A stretch of 57,997 nucleotides of DNA, counting the filler, from Nitrospirota bacterium (GTDB lineage Bacteria > JACPQY01): the NCBI GenBank assembly GCA_016180645.1. It is 3 parts of 3 records of this genome, joined end to end, with 100 filler letters (N's around TTAATTAATTAA, not from the genome) between each part and the next. Parts side by side here need not be neighbours in the genome. Positions count along the whole stretch, not along the records: positions 36,097 to 57,997 come from JACPAV010000052.1; 2 more parts are not named here. The stretch is one strand, 5' to 3'. Below are positions 50,644-57,997 of this stretch, in pieces. The position numbers and the translations under genes were made by a program. The notes beneath the pieces were generated by a model. It ran no database searches and was not told the DNA's origin. It was given only the letters and a program-made list of their open reading frames with translations. The stretch's first letter is position 1, and each line of letters begins with the position of its first letter.

Positions 50644-52087
50644 CCTCTTCCTCTTTTTCGGCGGGTGGATTCAGCCCGTGTTCGCGCAATTTCTCCCAGA
50701 GCGTCTTGCGCGAGATGCCCAGCAGGTCGGCGGTCTCCTGCCTACGCCATCCGGTGGATTGCAGAGCTTTGGAAAGGTACTCGCGCTCGAACGATTTCAA
50801 GACCTCCTCCAAACCGCGCGATCCCGGCGCCATGTGATCCGGGAGCAAGGCGTTCGAGCTGGTGCCGCGAACCGCTTCGGGAAGGTGCGCGGCGTCGATC
50901 TCACCGCCACGGGCCAGGATGGAGGCGTGTTCGATGGCGTGTTCCAGTTCTCTGACATTGCCGGGCCAGGCGTATGCGGTGAGGGCCGCCCAGGCCGTGG
51001 GCGAAATGTCCTGCCGGGATGAACCCTGTTTGGAGGCCAGCCGCCCGAGGAAGGCGGCGACGAGAATCGGGATGTCGTCCTTCCGATCCCGAAGAGGAGG
51101 CACCTCCAGGCAGACGACATTGAGCCGGAAATAGAGATCCTCCCGGAAGCGGCCCTCCTTGCTTCGCCGGCGAAGATCGACATTGGTTGTGGAAATGATC
51201 CGGACATTCACCTGAACGCTTGCATTGGTCCCGAGAGGCTCGAAGGTCCCCTCTTGGATCACGCGGAGGAGCTTGGCTTGCGCCGGAAGAGGAATCTCCG
51301 ACACGTCATCCAGGAGCAGGGTGCCTCCGTCCGCGGCCTTGAACCTCCCGTCGCGTCTCTTCACGGCGCCGGTGAAGGCCCCCCGTTCGTATCCAAAGAG
51401 TTCCGCCTCGAGGAGGGTTTCCGGAAAAGCAGCGCAGTTCACGGCCACGAAGGGTTTGGCCTCACGCGAGCTGAGCCGGTGAACTTCCCTCGCCAGCAAC
51501 TCCTTTCCCGTCCCGGTTTCGCCATTGATCAGGACGTTGGATTCGGAGGCCGCCACCACACCGACTTGGTCCAGGAGAAAACGCATCCGGGGCGAGCCGC
51601 CCAGGATTGTCCGCGAAGCGTCCAGTTCGCTCAGACGCCGCCGGGCCTCCTCGAGTTCGGAGCGCAGCCGGCTCTCCTCCTGGATTCGGCGGACTCGGAT
51701 GAGCAGCTCATCGCGGTCGAAGGGCTTGGTGAGGTAATCGTAGGCGCCCTGCTTGACGGCCTTCACGGCATCGGTCACCGACGCGAAAGCCGTCATAAGA
51801 ATCACCCGCGTTTCCTCACGGCTTTGCCTGATCAGGTGGAAGAGGCTCAAGCCGTCTACCTTGGGCAGACGAATATCCAGAATCACGAGATTGTAGGAGC
51901 GGGCTCTCATTTTTCGCTGGGCTTCGGCGCCGTCCGCCGCCGTGTCCACCTCGAACCCTGAATCGTGGAGGAAATCCGAAAGCGTCAGGCGAAGGGAGGC
52001 TTCATCCTCGGCAATCAAGATGGTGAAACCGGCTGAATTCGCCAAGGCCGGTTTCCGAGCCCCACCGTCTTTTTCCTTGCCTACCAT
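50618..52087 (-). CDS. Sigma54-dependent response regulator (NtrC family)
   Basis: Receiver domain (AEDE, LDIRLP, YLTKP), GETGTGKE, GAFTGA, WPGNVRELE and HTH. Confidence 0.95.
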   Translation of the reverse strand: MVGKEKDGGARKPALANSAGFTILIAEDEASLRLTLSDFLHDSGFEVDTAADGAEAQRKMRARSYNLVILDIRLPKVDGLSLFHLIRQSREETRVILMTAFASVTDAVKAVKQGAYDYLTKPFDRDELLIRVRRIQEESRLRSELEEARRRLSELDASRTILGGSPRMRFLLDQVGVVAASESNVLINGETGTGKELLAREVHRLSSREAKPFVAVNCAAFPETLLEAELFGYERGAFTGAVKRRDGRFKAADGGTLLLDDVSEIPLPAQAKLLRVIQEGTFEPLGTNASVQVNVRIISTTNVDLRRRSKEGRFREDLYFRLNVVCLEVPPLRDRKDDIPILVAAFLGRLASKQGSSRQDISPTAWAALTAYAWPGNVRELEHAIEHASILARGGEIDAAHLPEAVRGTSSNALLPDHMAPGSRGLEEVLKSFEREYLSKALQSTGWRRQETADLLGISRKTLWEKLREHGLNPPAEKEEEDEAPRQDG

Positions 52088-52240
52088 GTCGCTGGAAGAA
52101 TCATCCCGCAATTTCCATTCCAGCATGGTGCTCACGTTGATGACAGGTTCGCTCCAAAAGCGAATCCTTGACATGACGCAGATCAATGAACCTGAGTGAG
52201 TTTGAATGGACGGGCCTGCCGTGATAGGGGTCAGCAGCAG

Positions 52241-52795
52241 ATGGATCGGAAACAAACGGGCGAAGCCTTCCTGAAAGACATGCCGGCGCTCTACCGTTTC
52301 GCCCTGCGGCTCACGCGTTCGCCCCAAGACGCGGACGAAGCCGTCTCACGAACCGCCCTGCGCTCCCTGGAAAAGGCCGAGGCGTTCAGAGGCGAATCCT
52401 CCATTCGCACATGGATTTTCGGGATCCTGATCAACGTCGTGCGCGAGATGCGGAAGGAAGGGTGGCGGGAGGAGTCGCTGGACGAAGGTCCCTACCCTCC
52501 CAACTCCGAATTCGACGACGGTGGGCGGAGGCTCCAGCCGGCAACCGAACAAGGCGACGATCCGGAGCACGTCCTTCTGCGAACCGAAGGCGTCGAACGC
52601 ATCCGCAACGAACTGGACACTCTACCCCCCCTCCAACGGAGCGCCTTCCACCTCCGATTCATTGAGGGATGGGAAATGGAGGAGATCTGTAACGCCCTCC
52701 AGATCAAGGCCACGCATTTGAGGGTCCTGCTCCACCGGGCACGACTGCGACTGAGAGAACGCATGATTGATTACGTCAAAGGAGAATCCAAGTGA
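52241..52795 (+). CDS. ECF RNA polymerase sigma factor
   Basis: LYRFALRL...DADE, FRGESSIRTWIFGI and LRVLLHRARLRLR. Confidence 0.9.
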   Translation: MDRKQTGEAFLKDMPALYRFALRLTRSPQDADEAVSRTALRSLEKAEAFRGESSIRTWIFGILINVVREMRKEGWREESLDEGPYPPNSEFDDGGRRLQPATEQGDDPEHVLLRTEGVERIRNELDTLPPLQRSAFHLRFIEGWEMEEICNALQIKATHLRVLLHRARLRLRERMIDYVKGESK

Positions 52796-53046
52796 TGATG
52801 CCCACGATGCTCATGGGTACTTGCCGGGAGACGTCCCAGAACATCGGCGACTATCTCGACCGCGCGATGCCGCTCGCCCGGAGGCTCAGGATTCGATTCC
52901 ATCTCTCCCTCTGCCCGGACTGCCGCAAATGGATGGCCGGCCTCAAGGCGACGATGGCCGGAATCGGCCTGGCGCGGGCGTTGGAACTCTCCGCGCAGCC
53001 GCCGGCCGAACTCCGCGCGAAAATCGAACGCATTTTCACGGCGTAA
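52795..53046 (+). CDS. zf-HC2 anti-sigma factor
   Basis: TCRE...DYLD...HLSLCPDC. Confidence 0.85.
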   Translation: MMPTMLMGTCRETSQNIGDYLDRAMPLARRLRIRFHLSLCPDCRKWMAGLKATMAGIGLARALELSAQPPAELRAKIERIFTA

Positions 53047-53080
53047 CGCCCGCCCTCCTTCTGCCACCCACCCTTCGATC

Positions 53081-53848
53081 ATGGGTGATTGGAGCGAGTT
53101 TCCGGCAACGCTGAGAGTGCAGCTCAAACTCTATCCCTATCGGTCAGTCAAGGATGCCCCTTGGTCACCCCTCCGCAAGCCCCTTCGCGAATGCACCGTG
53201 GCCCTCATTTCGTCGGCGGGCTTCGTTCGTCCCGATCAAACCCCGTTCGACAAATCCGCCCTCGGCGGCGACTCGTCGTTTCGAGAATTGCCTGCCGATA
53301 CGGATTTGGCCGGCTTGAAGGACACCCACCGCAGCAAGAGCTTCGATCACTCTGGGTATCGCCGGGATCCGAATCTCGCCTTCCCCCTGGACCGGCTCAA
53401 GGAACTGGTCGCTGAGGGGTTTATCGGCGGCATCGTGGATACGCATTACAGTTTCATGGGATCTCTCACAGCGGTCGGGAAGTTCGTGAAGGCAACGGCG
53501 CCGGAAATCGCCCGTCGCCTCGTTGCGCAGCATGCCGATGCAGCTTTGCTTGTACCGGTGTGACCGCTTTGCAATCAGGCCGTGGGCCTGATGCAGGGGG
53601 AAATCGAGCGGGCGGGCATCCCCACCGTTTCCATCAGTCTCCTCAAGGACATCACGCTCAAGGTGAAGCCACCCCGCGCCCTTTGGGTGCCCTTCAATCA
53701 CGGCTACCCGCTGGGTGAACCGGACAACCCCGCGATCCAGAAGGAGGTGCTCCAGGCGGCTCTTTCCCTCCTGACGGAGGCACAAACCGCTCCCGTGATT
53801 CTCCGTGATTTCGTATCCCAACCAGGGGCCCAACCCACCCAGAGGTAA
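53081..53848 (+). CDS. GrdB/PrdB-related (glycine/proline reductase selenoprotein B-like) candidate selenoprotein, Sec161 UxxC
   Basis: VALISSAG, GDSSFR, DPNLAFPLDRLKEL, SFMG, ALLVPV-TGA(53561)-PLCNQAVGL..IERAGIPTV...PFNHGYPLG. Joins ORFs 53081..53563 and 53582..53848 in frame. Confidence 0.9.
53574..53592 (+). promoter_or_regulatory. Putative bacterial SECIS hairpin
   Basis: ATCAGGCC-GTG-GGCCTGAT; loop G is 19 nt after the TGA. Confidence 0.78.
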
Positions 53849-53921
53849 ACCTCATGTCCCGCAACCCGGCTCCTCGCGATGCCCCACGCAGGGCCCTGCC
53901 ACGGATGGGTCGCGTAGGTCC

Positions 53922-54449
53922 TTGACGCTCCCGAGCCACGTTTTCTGGACGTGCTTTCTTTTCCGCGGAAGGAAAGAGAAGTGGTGGGCCATGGCGGGAT
54001 CGATCCTTCCTGATGCCCCTTACGTCATCCCCCTGCTGGCGGGCGGCGTCACCGGCGCGTTGGATGTCTGGGCGCACTGGTGGAACCATCCCGTCACGAG
54101 AATCCTCCACTCCTATCCCATCGTGGGCGCGACCTTGATCCTCTCCCTCCTGCTGAAGCGTCGTCGAACGGCATTTCTTCTCGGAGGAATCCTCCTTCAC
54201 GCCTTCTTCGACATGTGGACCCATGTGAGCGACGCGTATCCCGTGTTTTATCCGTTCAGCGAATTTAGGTTCCCGACCCCGTTCTCATATTGGGAAAAGG
54301 CGCACCACGCGCCCGCGCTGAGGATCGTCAATGGCCTGCTGGTGGCCGCCGCGGCGCTTTACTTGTGGAGGGAGAGGCGATCGCGCCGCGCTGAGTCCGG
54401 GCCTGCCTGTCAGTCACCGAGCCAGTCTTCTGGTAACGGCGTCTCTTAA
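53922..54449 (+). CDS. Membrane-bound metal-dependent hydrolase-like protein
   Basis: TLPSH, GSILPD, LHS, LLHAFFDMWTH..DA and PFSYWE motifs; TTG start inferred. Confidence 0.7.
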   Translation: MTLPSHVFWTCFLFRGRKEKWWAMAGSILPDAPYVIPLLAGGVTGALDVWAHWWNHPVTRILHSYPIVGATLILSLLLKRRRTAFLLGGILLHAFFDMWTHVSDAYPVFYPFSEFRFPTPFSYWEKAHHAPALRIVNGLLVAAAALYLWRERRSRRAESGPACQSPSQSSGNGVS

Positions 54450-54550
54450 GTGCGTCCAACAGAATGTGTAGGGGAGGGTCTTCAGACCCTCCCGACAAGA
54501 GGGAGCATCTGAAGATGCTCCCCTACGAATCGGCATCCTGTTCGAGGCTC
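54450..54550. mobile_element. MITE-like palindromic element with TAA target duplication
   Basis: TAA|GTGCGTCCAACAGAATG...CATCCTGTTCGAGGCTC|TAA; the left TAA is the upstream gene's stop. Confidence 0.78.
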
Positions 54551-54981
54551 TAAGTTTCGGATCGCGCCGAGCTGAAACGTGGTCACCTCTCAGTGACTCG
54601 AATCTGACGGATCGTTACATCCACGGCGAAGATTCGCGCCGAGTAACGGTTTGTCGCCGCGCGCCACGAACGAACGAAGCCATGAAAACACATATCGCGG
54701 CTGTTGGCGCCCAGGGCCGTTCGTATCATTGTGAAAAGGAAGCCGCCCATCTCAGGAATTAGGAGGTATTTATGAAACGCTCTTTACGCAATCGAGTGTC
54801 TTTGCTCTTCGCGGGAGCATTCTTCCTCTGGGCGGCGCAAGCCGGCGCGGCCCGGGCCGGCGACGTCCGATCATCCTGTAGAACTTTTGGCACGATTGGA
54901 GAGGTGGGCCTGAAAATGTAGTCACGGATTTCCTGGGCTGGGTCGTTGGATTTCGGATACTCTTCCGGAAGGAGGAAGACG

Positions 54982-55371
54982 ATGGACGACGCAGCGCAGA
55001 CGGTGAAAGGGAACGGGGAATCGGCTCACGGGCTGATCCAGAAGGTCAAGAGGGCGACGCGGAGGCGGTTTGGGGCGGAGGAGAAGATTCGGATTCTCCT
55101 GGAGGGGATGAAGCGGGAGGTTTCGACCTCGGAACTTTGCCGGAAGGAGGGGATTCATCCGCACGCCTATTATTCGTGGCTGAAGGACTTCATGGAGGCT
55201 GGGAAGTCGAGGCTGAGGGGGGATTTGAAGCGGAGCGCGACCGAGGGGGAGGTGGAGAGCCTGCGGCGGGAGAACGAGAGGCTGAAGGTGATTTTGGCGG
55301 ACCCGGTTCTGGAGAACACCCTTTTGAAAAAAAGTCTGATCGGGTCGGAGATCGATGGACTTACGCGATGA
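54982..55371 (+). CDS. IS3-family transposase OrfA
   Basis: RRRFGAEEKIRILLEG...ELCRKEGIH..YYSWLKDF...LRRENERLK. Confidence 0.88.
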   Translation: MDDAAQTVKGNGESAHGLIQKVKRATRRRFGAEEKIRILLEGMKREVSTSELCRKEGIHPHAYYSWLKDFMEAGKSRLRGDLKRSATEGEVESLRRENERLKVILADPVLENTLLKKSLIGSEIDGLTR

Positions 55372-56363
55372 CGGCTGCCGAGAAGGCGAGCCTGATCGAC
55401 CGGGTCGAGGGGAGCCGGTGCAAGAGGCGGCTTCTCCGGGCGCTCGGGATACCCGACTCGACGTACTACCACTGGGTGCGGCTTTACCGGGAAGGGGGAC
55501 CGAACGCATTGGATAAGCTTTTGCCCGTGGCCCGGACGATCTGGAACCGGATCACGCCGAAGGAGGAGCTGAGAGTCCTGGAGATCGCGCGGGACCTCCC
55601 GGAGCTCTCTCCCCGGCTTCTGTCCGTAAAGATCACGGATGAAGAGGAGTTCGCCATCTCGGAGTCGAAGGTCTACGAGATCCTGAAGAAGAACGATCTC
55701 ATTCGGCCCCGGCCCTTGCCGGAGCTTCCGGCGAGGTCGGAGTGGCCCCACAAGACGAGGAGGCCCAACGAGATCTGGCAGATCGACGCGACGACGTTCT
55801 TCGTGGCGGGATGGGGGTACTACAAGCTCATCCCCGTTCTTGACGACTACTCCCGGAAGATCCTGGCGTGGGACCTCCTGCCGGACGAATCGGCCGGTTC
55901 GATCTCGAACGCGGTGGAGCAGGCGGTGGAGGCGACGGGAATACCGGAGCGGCCGGAGCACGAGAAGCCGACGCTTCTGTCCGACAACGGATCGGGCTTC
56001 ATCTCGTGGCTCCTGGCGGACTACCTCAAGGCCCACGGCATCCGGCACATCTTCGGCAAGCCCTATCATCCGCAGACGCAGGGAAAAATCGAGCGGTTCA
56101 ATCGGCGGATCAAGGAGGGCGAGTGTCTGATCGTGTATCTCAGCCCCGGAGACCTCAAGGAGGCCCTCAAGCTGGCCATCGTGCGCTACAATGCCACACC
56201 GCACGAGGCGCTGAAAAACGTGGCGCCGAACGACCTGTACGCCGGCCGCCAGGAGGAGATCCTCAGGCGCCGGGAGGAGAAAAAGAAAGCGACCTACGCC
56301 CGTCGCAAGGAGTATAATCGGGGCGTGAACAACGGTCCGGCTCAGCCCGGAAAGTGTGACTAA
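55368..56363 (+). CDS. IS3-family transposase OrfB (rve integrase core)
   Basis: PNEIWQID, VLDDYSR, LLSDNG and HPQTQGKIERFNR (DDE). Confidence 0.9.
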   Translation: MTAAEKASLIDRVEGSRCKRRLLRALGIPDSTYYHWVRLYREGGPNALDKLLPVARTIWNRITPKEELRVLEIARDLPELSPRLLSVKITDEEEFAISESKVYEILKKNDLIRPRPLPELPARSEWPHKTRRPNEIWQIDATTFFVAGWGYYKLIPVLDDYSRKILAWDLLPDESAGSISNAVEQAVEATGIPERPEHEKPTLLSDNGSGFISWLLADYLKAHGIRHIFGKPYHPQTQGKIERFNRRIKEGECLIVYLSPGDLKEALKLAIVRYNATPHEALKNVAPNDLYAGRQEEILRRREEKKKATYARRKEYNRGVNNGPAQPGKCD

Positions 56364-56843
56364 GAAAAATGGTCACTTCTCCAAAAAGGTCAAAAGACGT
56401 ACCCATGCAACCCATGCGCCGGGAAAAAGATCAAGTACATGAGGGACAAGTCGGCCCGTCAAAAGGACCCGAAGAAGCTGATCGACATCGGGGCAAGGCT
56501 CTGGACCGATCGCAACCTCGGAAAGACCGGCGTTTCGTGCGATACCTGTCACGCGAACTACAAGACTTTCAAGAGCACGGTGACGCAATCCTTCTCCCAT
56601 TTCGTGGAAATGGCGGACGACATCGTCACGCTCGATCAGATGATCAACGTGTGCATGGAGAATCCGATGGGCACGGAACCGCTCGCGTGGAATTCGACGG
56701 AACTGAGCGCGCTCAACGCCTACTACACCGAATGGATCAAGGGCTACAAGGCGCCCGCCAACCCGTGCGGCATGAAGAATCCGTGCAACCCCTGCGGGAA
56801 GCGAAAGTAGAACACAAGAGAGTCATTACCCTCGGGTAACGCC

Positions 56844-57461
56844 ATGAGCGTCACGGTACGGCTCTATTCTGATTTCGTCTGACCCTTCTGCTTCATTGCG
56901 GAGCAAAGCAGCCTGGTCAGGCTGCAACGGGAATTTGAAATCGAAGTGGACTGGAGGGGCTTTGAGCTTCATCCGGAGATTCCGCTCGGCGGCATGCCCA
57001 TCGAGCGCTATTTCCCCGGCCACAAGTTGGAAGGGGTGCGAAAATACCTTCATGACTTTGCGCGAAGTTTCGGTGTTGAAGACATGAAGGCCCCGGGACA
57101 TCTCCCGAATACGAGGCGCATCCTGGCCGTTTCCGAGATGGCGCGGGATCTCGGCAAGCTGGAGCCCTTCCGGGAACGGGCGATGAACGCCTACTGGCGT
57201 GAGGGGAGGAACGTGGAGGATATGGAGGTGATACGCATAGTGGCGGCTGATTCCGGGCTGGACGCCGAGGCCGCGGCCCAGGCCGCTTCCGATCCTTCCT
57301 ACCTTGCGCGGGTGGAGGCGATGCGTGGAGAAGCGAGCGAGGCGGGAGTCACCGGCATCCCCACCTTCTTTTTTGACGACCGGATGGTCGTCGGCTGTCA
57401 GCCCTATGACGTGCTGACCAAGGTGGCTGTACACTCGGGCGCCAAGCGGCGTACGCTATGA
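56844..57461 (+). CDS. DsbA/FrnE-family thiol oxidoreductase, candidate selenoprotein (Sec13, UxxC)
   Basis: MSVTVRLYSDFV-TGA(56880)-PFCFIAE...WRGFELHP...GVTGIPTFFF...GCQP; in frame with track ORF 56946..57461. Confidence 0.88.
56888..56911 (+). promoter_or_regulatory. Putative bacterial SECIS hairpin
   Basis: CTGCT-TCA-TTGC-GGA-GCAA-AGCAG; loop G is 18 nt after the TGA. Confidence 0.62.
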
Positions 57462-57504
57462 CCTCTCGAGTACGGGCTGGGAAGCCGCCCGCCCGCCGAG
57501 AGGA

Positions 57505-57891
57505 TTTCTCATCATCCTTCAGGCCGGAAAAGAATCGCATGAGGGTTTGGCCCGGGCGGTACACGCCCTTCTCTATGCCAAGGAACTCAAGCTAAAAGGC
57601 CACGAGGTTGTATTGGTTTTTGACGGCGCCGGAACGGAATGGGCGGAGGCGTGGAAGCAACCGGACCATAAGCTACATGCGAAGTATGAGGAGTTGCGGC
57701 AGATGGGCATCGTGGAGGAACTTTGCGATTTCTGCTCGGGGGCATTCAAGGTGAAAGACGGCCTCAAACAGATGTCGGTTGACACACTCGTTTCTGAATT
57801 CGAAGGTCATCCAAGCCTCGCCAAGTGGATCAGCCGGGGGTATGAGGTGTTGATTCTCCAGATAACCTGCTTGTGGATCAATGGACCGTAA
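57505..57891 (+). CDS. DsrE-like protein (CxxC); 5' end apparently frameshifted
   Basis: FLIILQAGKESHEGLARAVHALLYA...VFDGAG...CDFCSGAF...GHPS. The coupled ATG at 57458 is out of frame. Confidence 0.7.
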   Translation, partial: FLIILQAGKESHEGLARAVHALLYAKELKLKGHEVVLVFDGAGTEWAEAWKQPDHKLHAKYEELRQMGIVEELCDFCSGAFKVKDGLKQMSVDTLVSEFEGHPSLAKWISRGYEVLILQITCLWINGP

Positions 57892-57997
57892 GATACTGAG
57901 CTCGACTTTTGCCATTTTTCCATGCTGTGTGAACATCACTTCACGAGGGAAGGCCATTTCCACGCCGTGAATGTTGAGACAGGAGCCGTTTTCCGGT

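Larger units (their letters stand above)
54877..56403 (+). mobile_element. IS3-family insertion sequence
   Basis: Imperfect ~30-bp IRs (TGTAGAACTTTTGGCACGATTGGAGAGGTG and reverse complement GGTACGTCTTTTGACCTTTTTGGAGAAGTG); orfA/orfB; A7G slippery site at 55327-55334. Confidence 0.88.
54772..56810 (+). pseudogene. Exported monoheme SoxA/TsdA-like cytochrome c with NPC repeats, interrupted by an IS
   Basis: SD AGGAGG and signal peptide 54772-54876; resumes at 56403 with PCNPCAGKK...CDTCH...TLDQMINVCMENPM...NPCGMKNPCNPCGKRK. Confidence 0.75.

Noticed and set aside
18316-56882. Genome-wide TGA reassignment (code 4 or 25) as the explanation of the in-frame TGAs
   Set aside because: TGA terminates many intact genes (korA, korB, cusA, moaA) and TGG encodes Trp normally. 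Read-through cases occur only at Cys-motif positions.

Overview
GC-rich bacterial DNA, probably from a deltaproteobacterium-like or Nitrospirota-like metagenome-assembled genome (inference). It is three contigs joined by N-TTAATTAATTAA-N linkers (21967-22066 and 35997-36096), so adjacency across the linkers is not real. Contig 1: an in-frame PPDK/deacetylase chimera, an MglA-like GTPase, yjbQ, tRNA-Arg(TCT), korAB, flagellar accessory genes, an alpha/beta hydrolase, and a CusCBA-type heavy-metal efflux operon followed by YHS-domain genes. Contig 2: crp/fnr-moaA-tatA, a sigma54 activator, an ArsR gene coupled to a thioredoxin-fold::SQR-like fusion, a nitronate monooxygenase-family enzyme, a radical SAM enzyme, and large surface proteins. 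Contig 3: a PiT / RRE-rSAM-SPASM::ArsM / TVP38 / MerA-like operon; a sigma54 two-component-linked beta-propeller, cupredoxin, diheme cytochrome c and heme-barrel cluster; an ECF sigma/anti-sigma pair; and an IS3 element interrupting an NPC-repeat cytochrome c. The strongest hidden signal is four genes that the ORF track splits at an in-frame TGA. Each TGA sits at the first Cys position of a CxxC or CCxxC motif and is followed by a hairpin whose loop starts with G 18-21 nt downstream, so these are four candidate selenoproteins. Two have unusual architectures: a UxxC Trx-fold domain fused to an SQR-like enzyme, and a UCxxC YHS-like protein in a copper/silver efflux operon.
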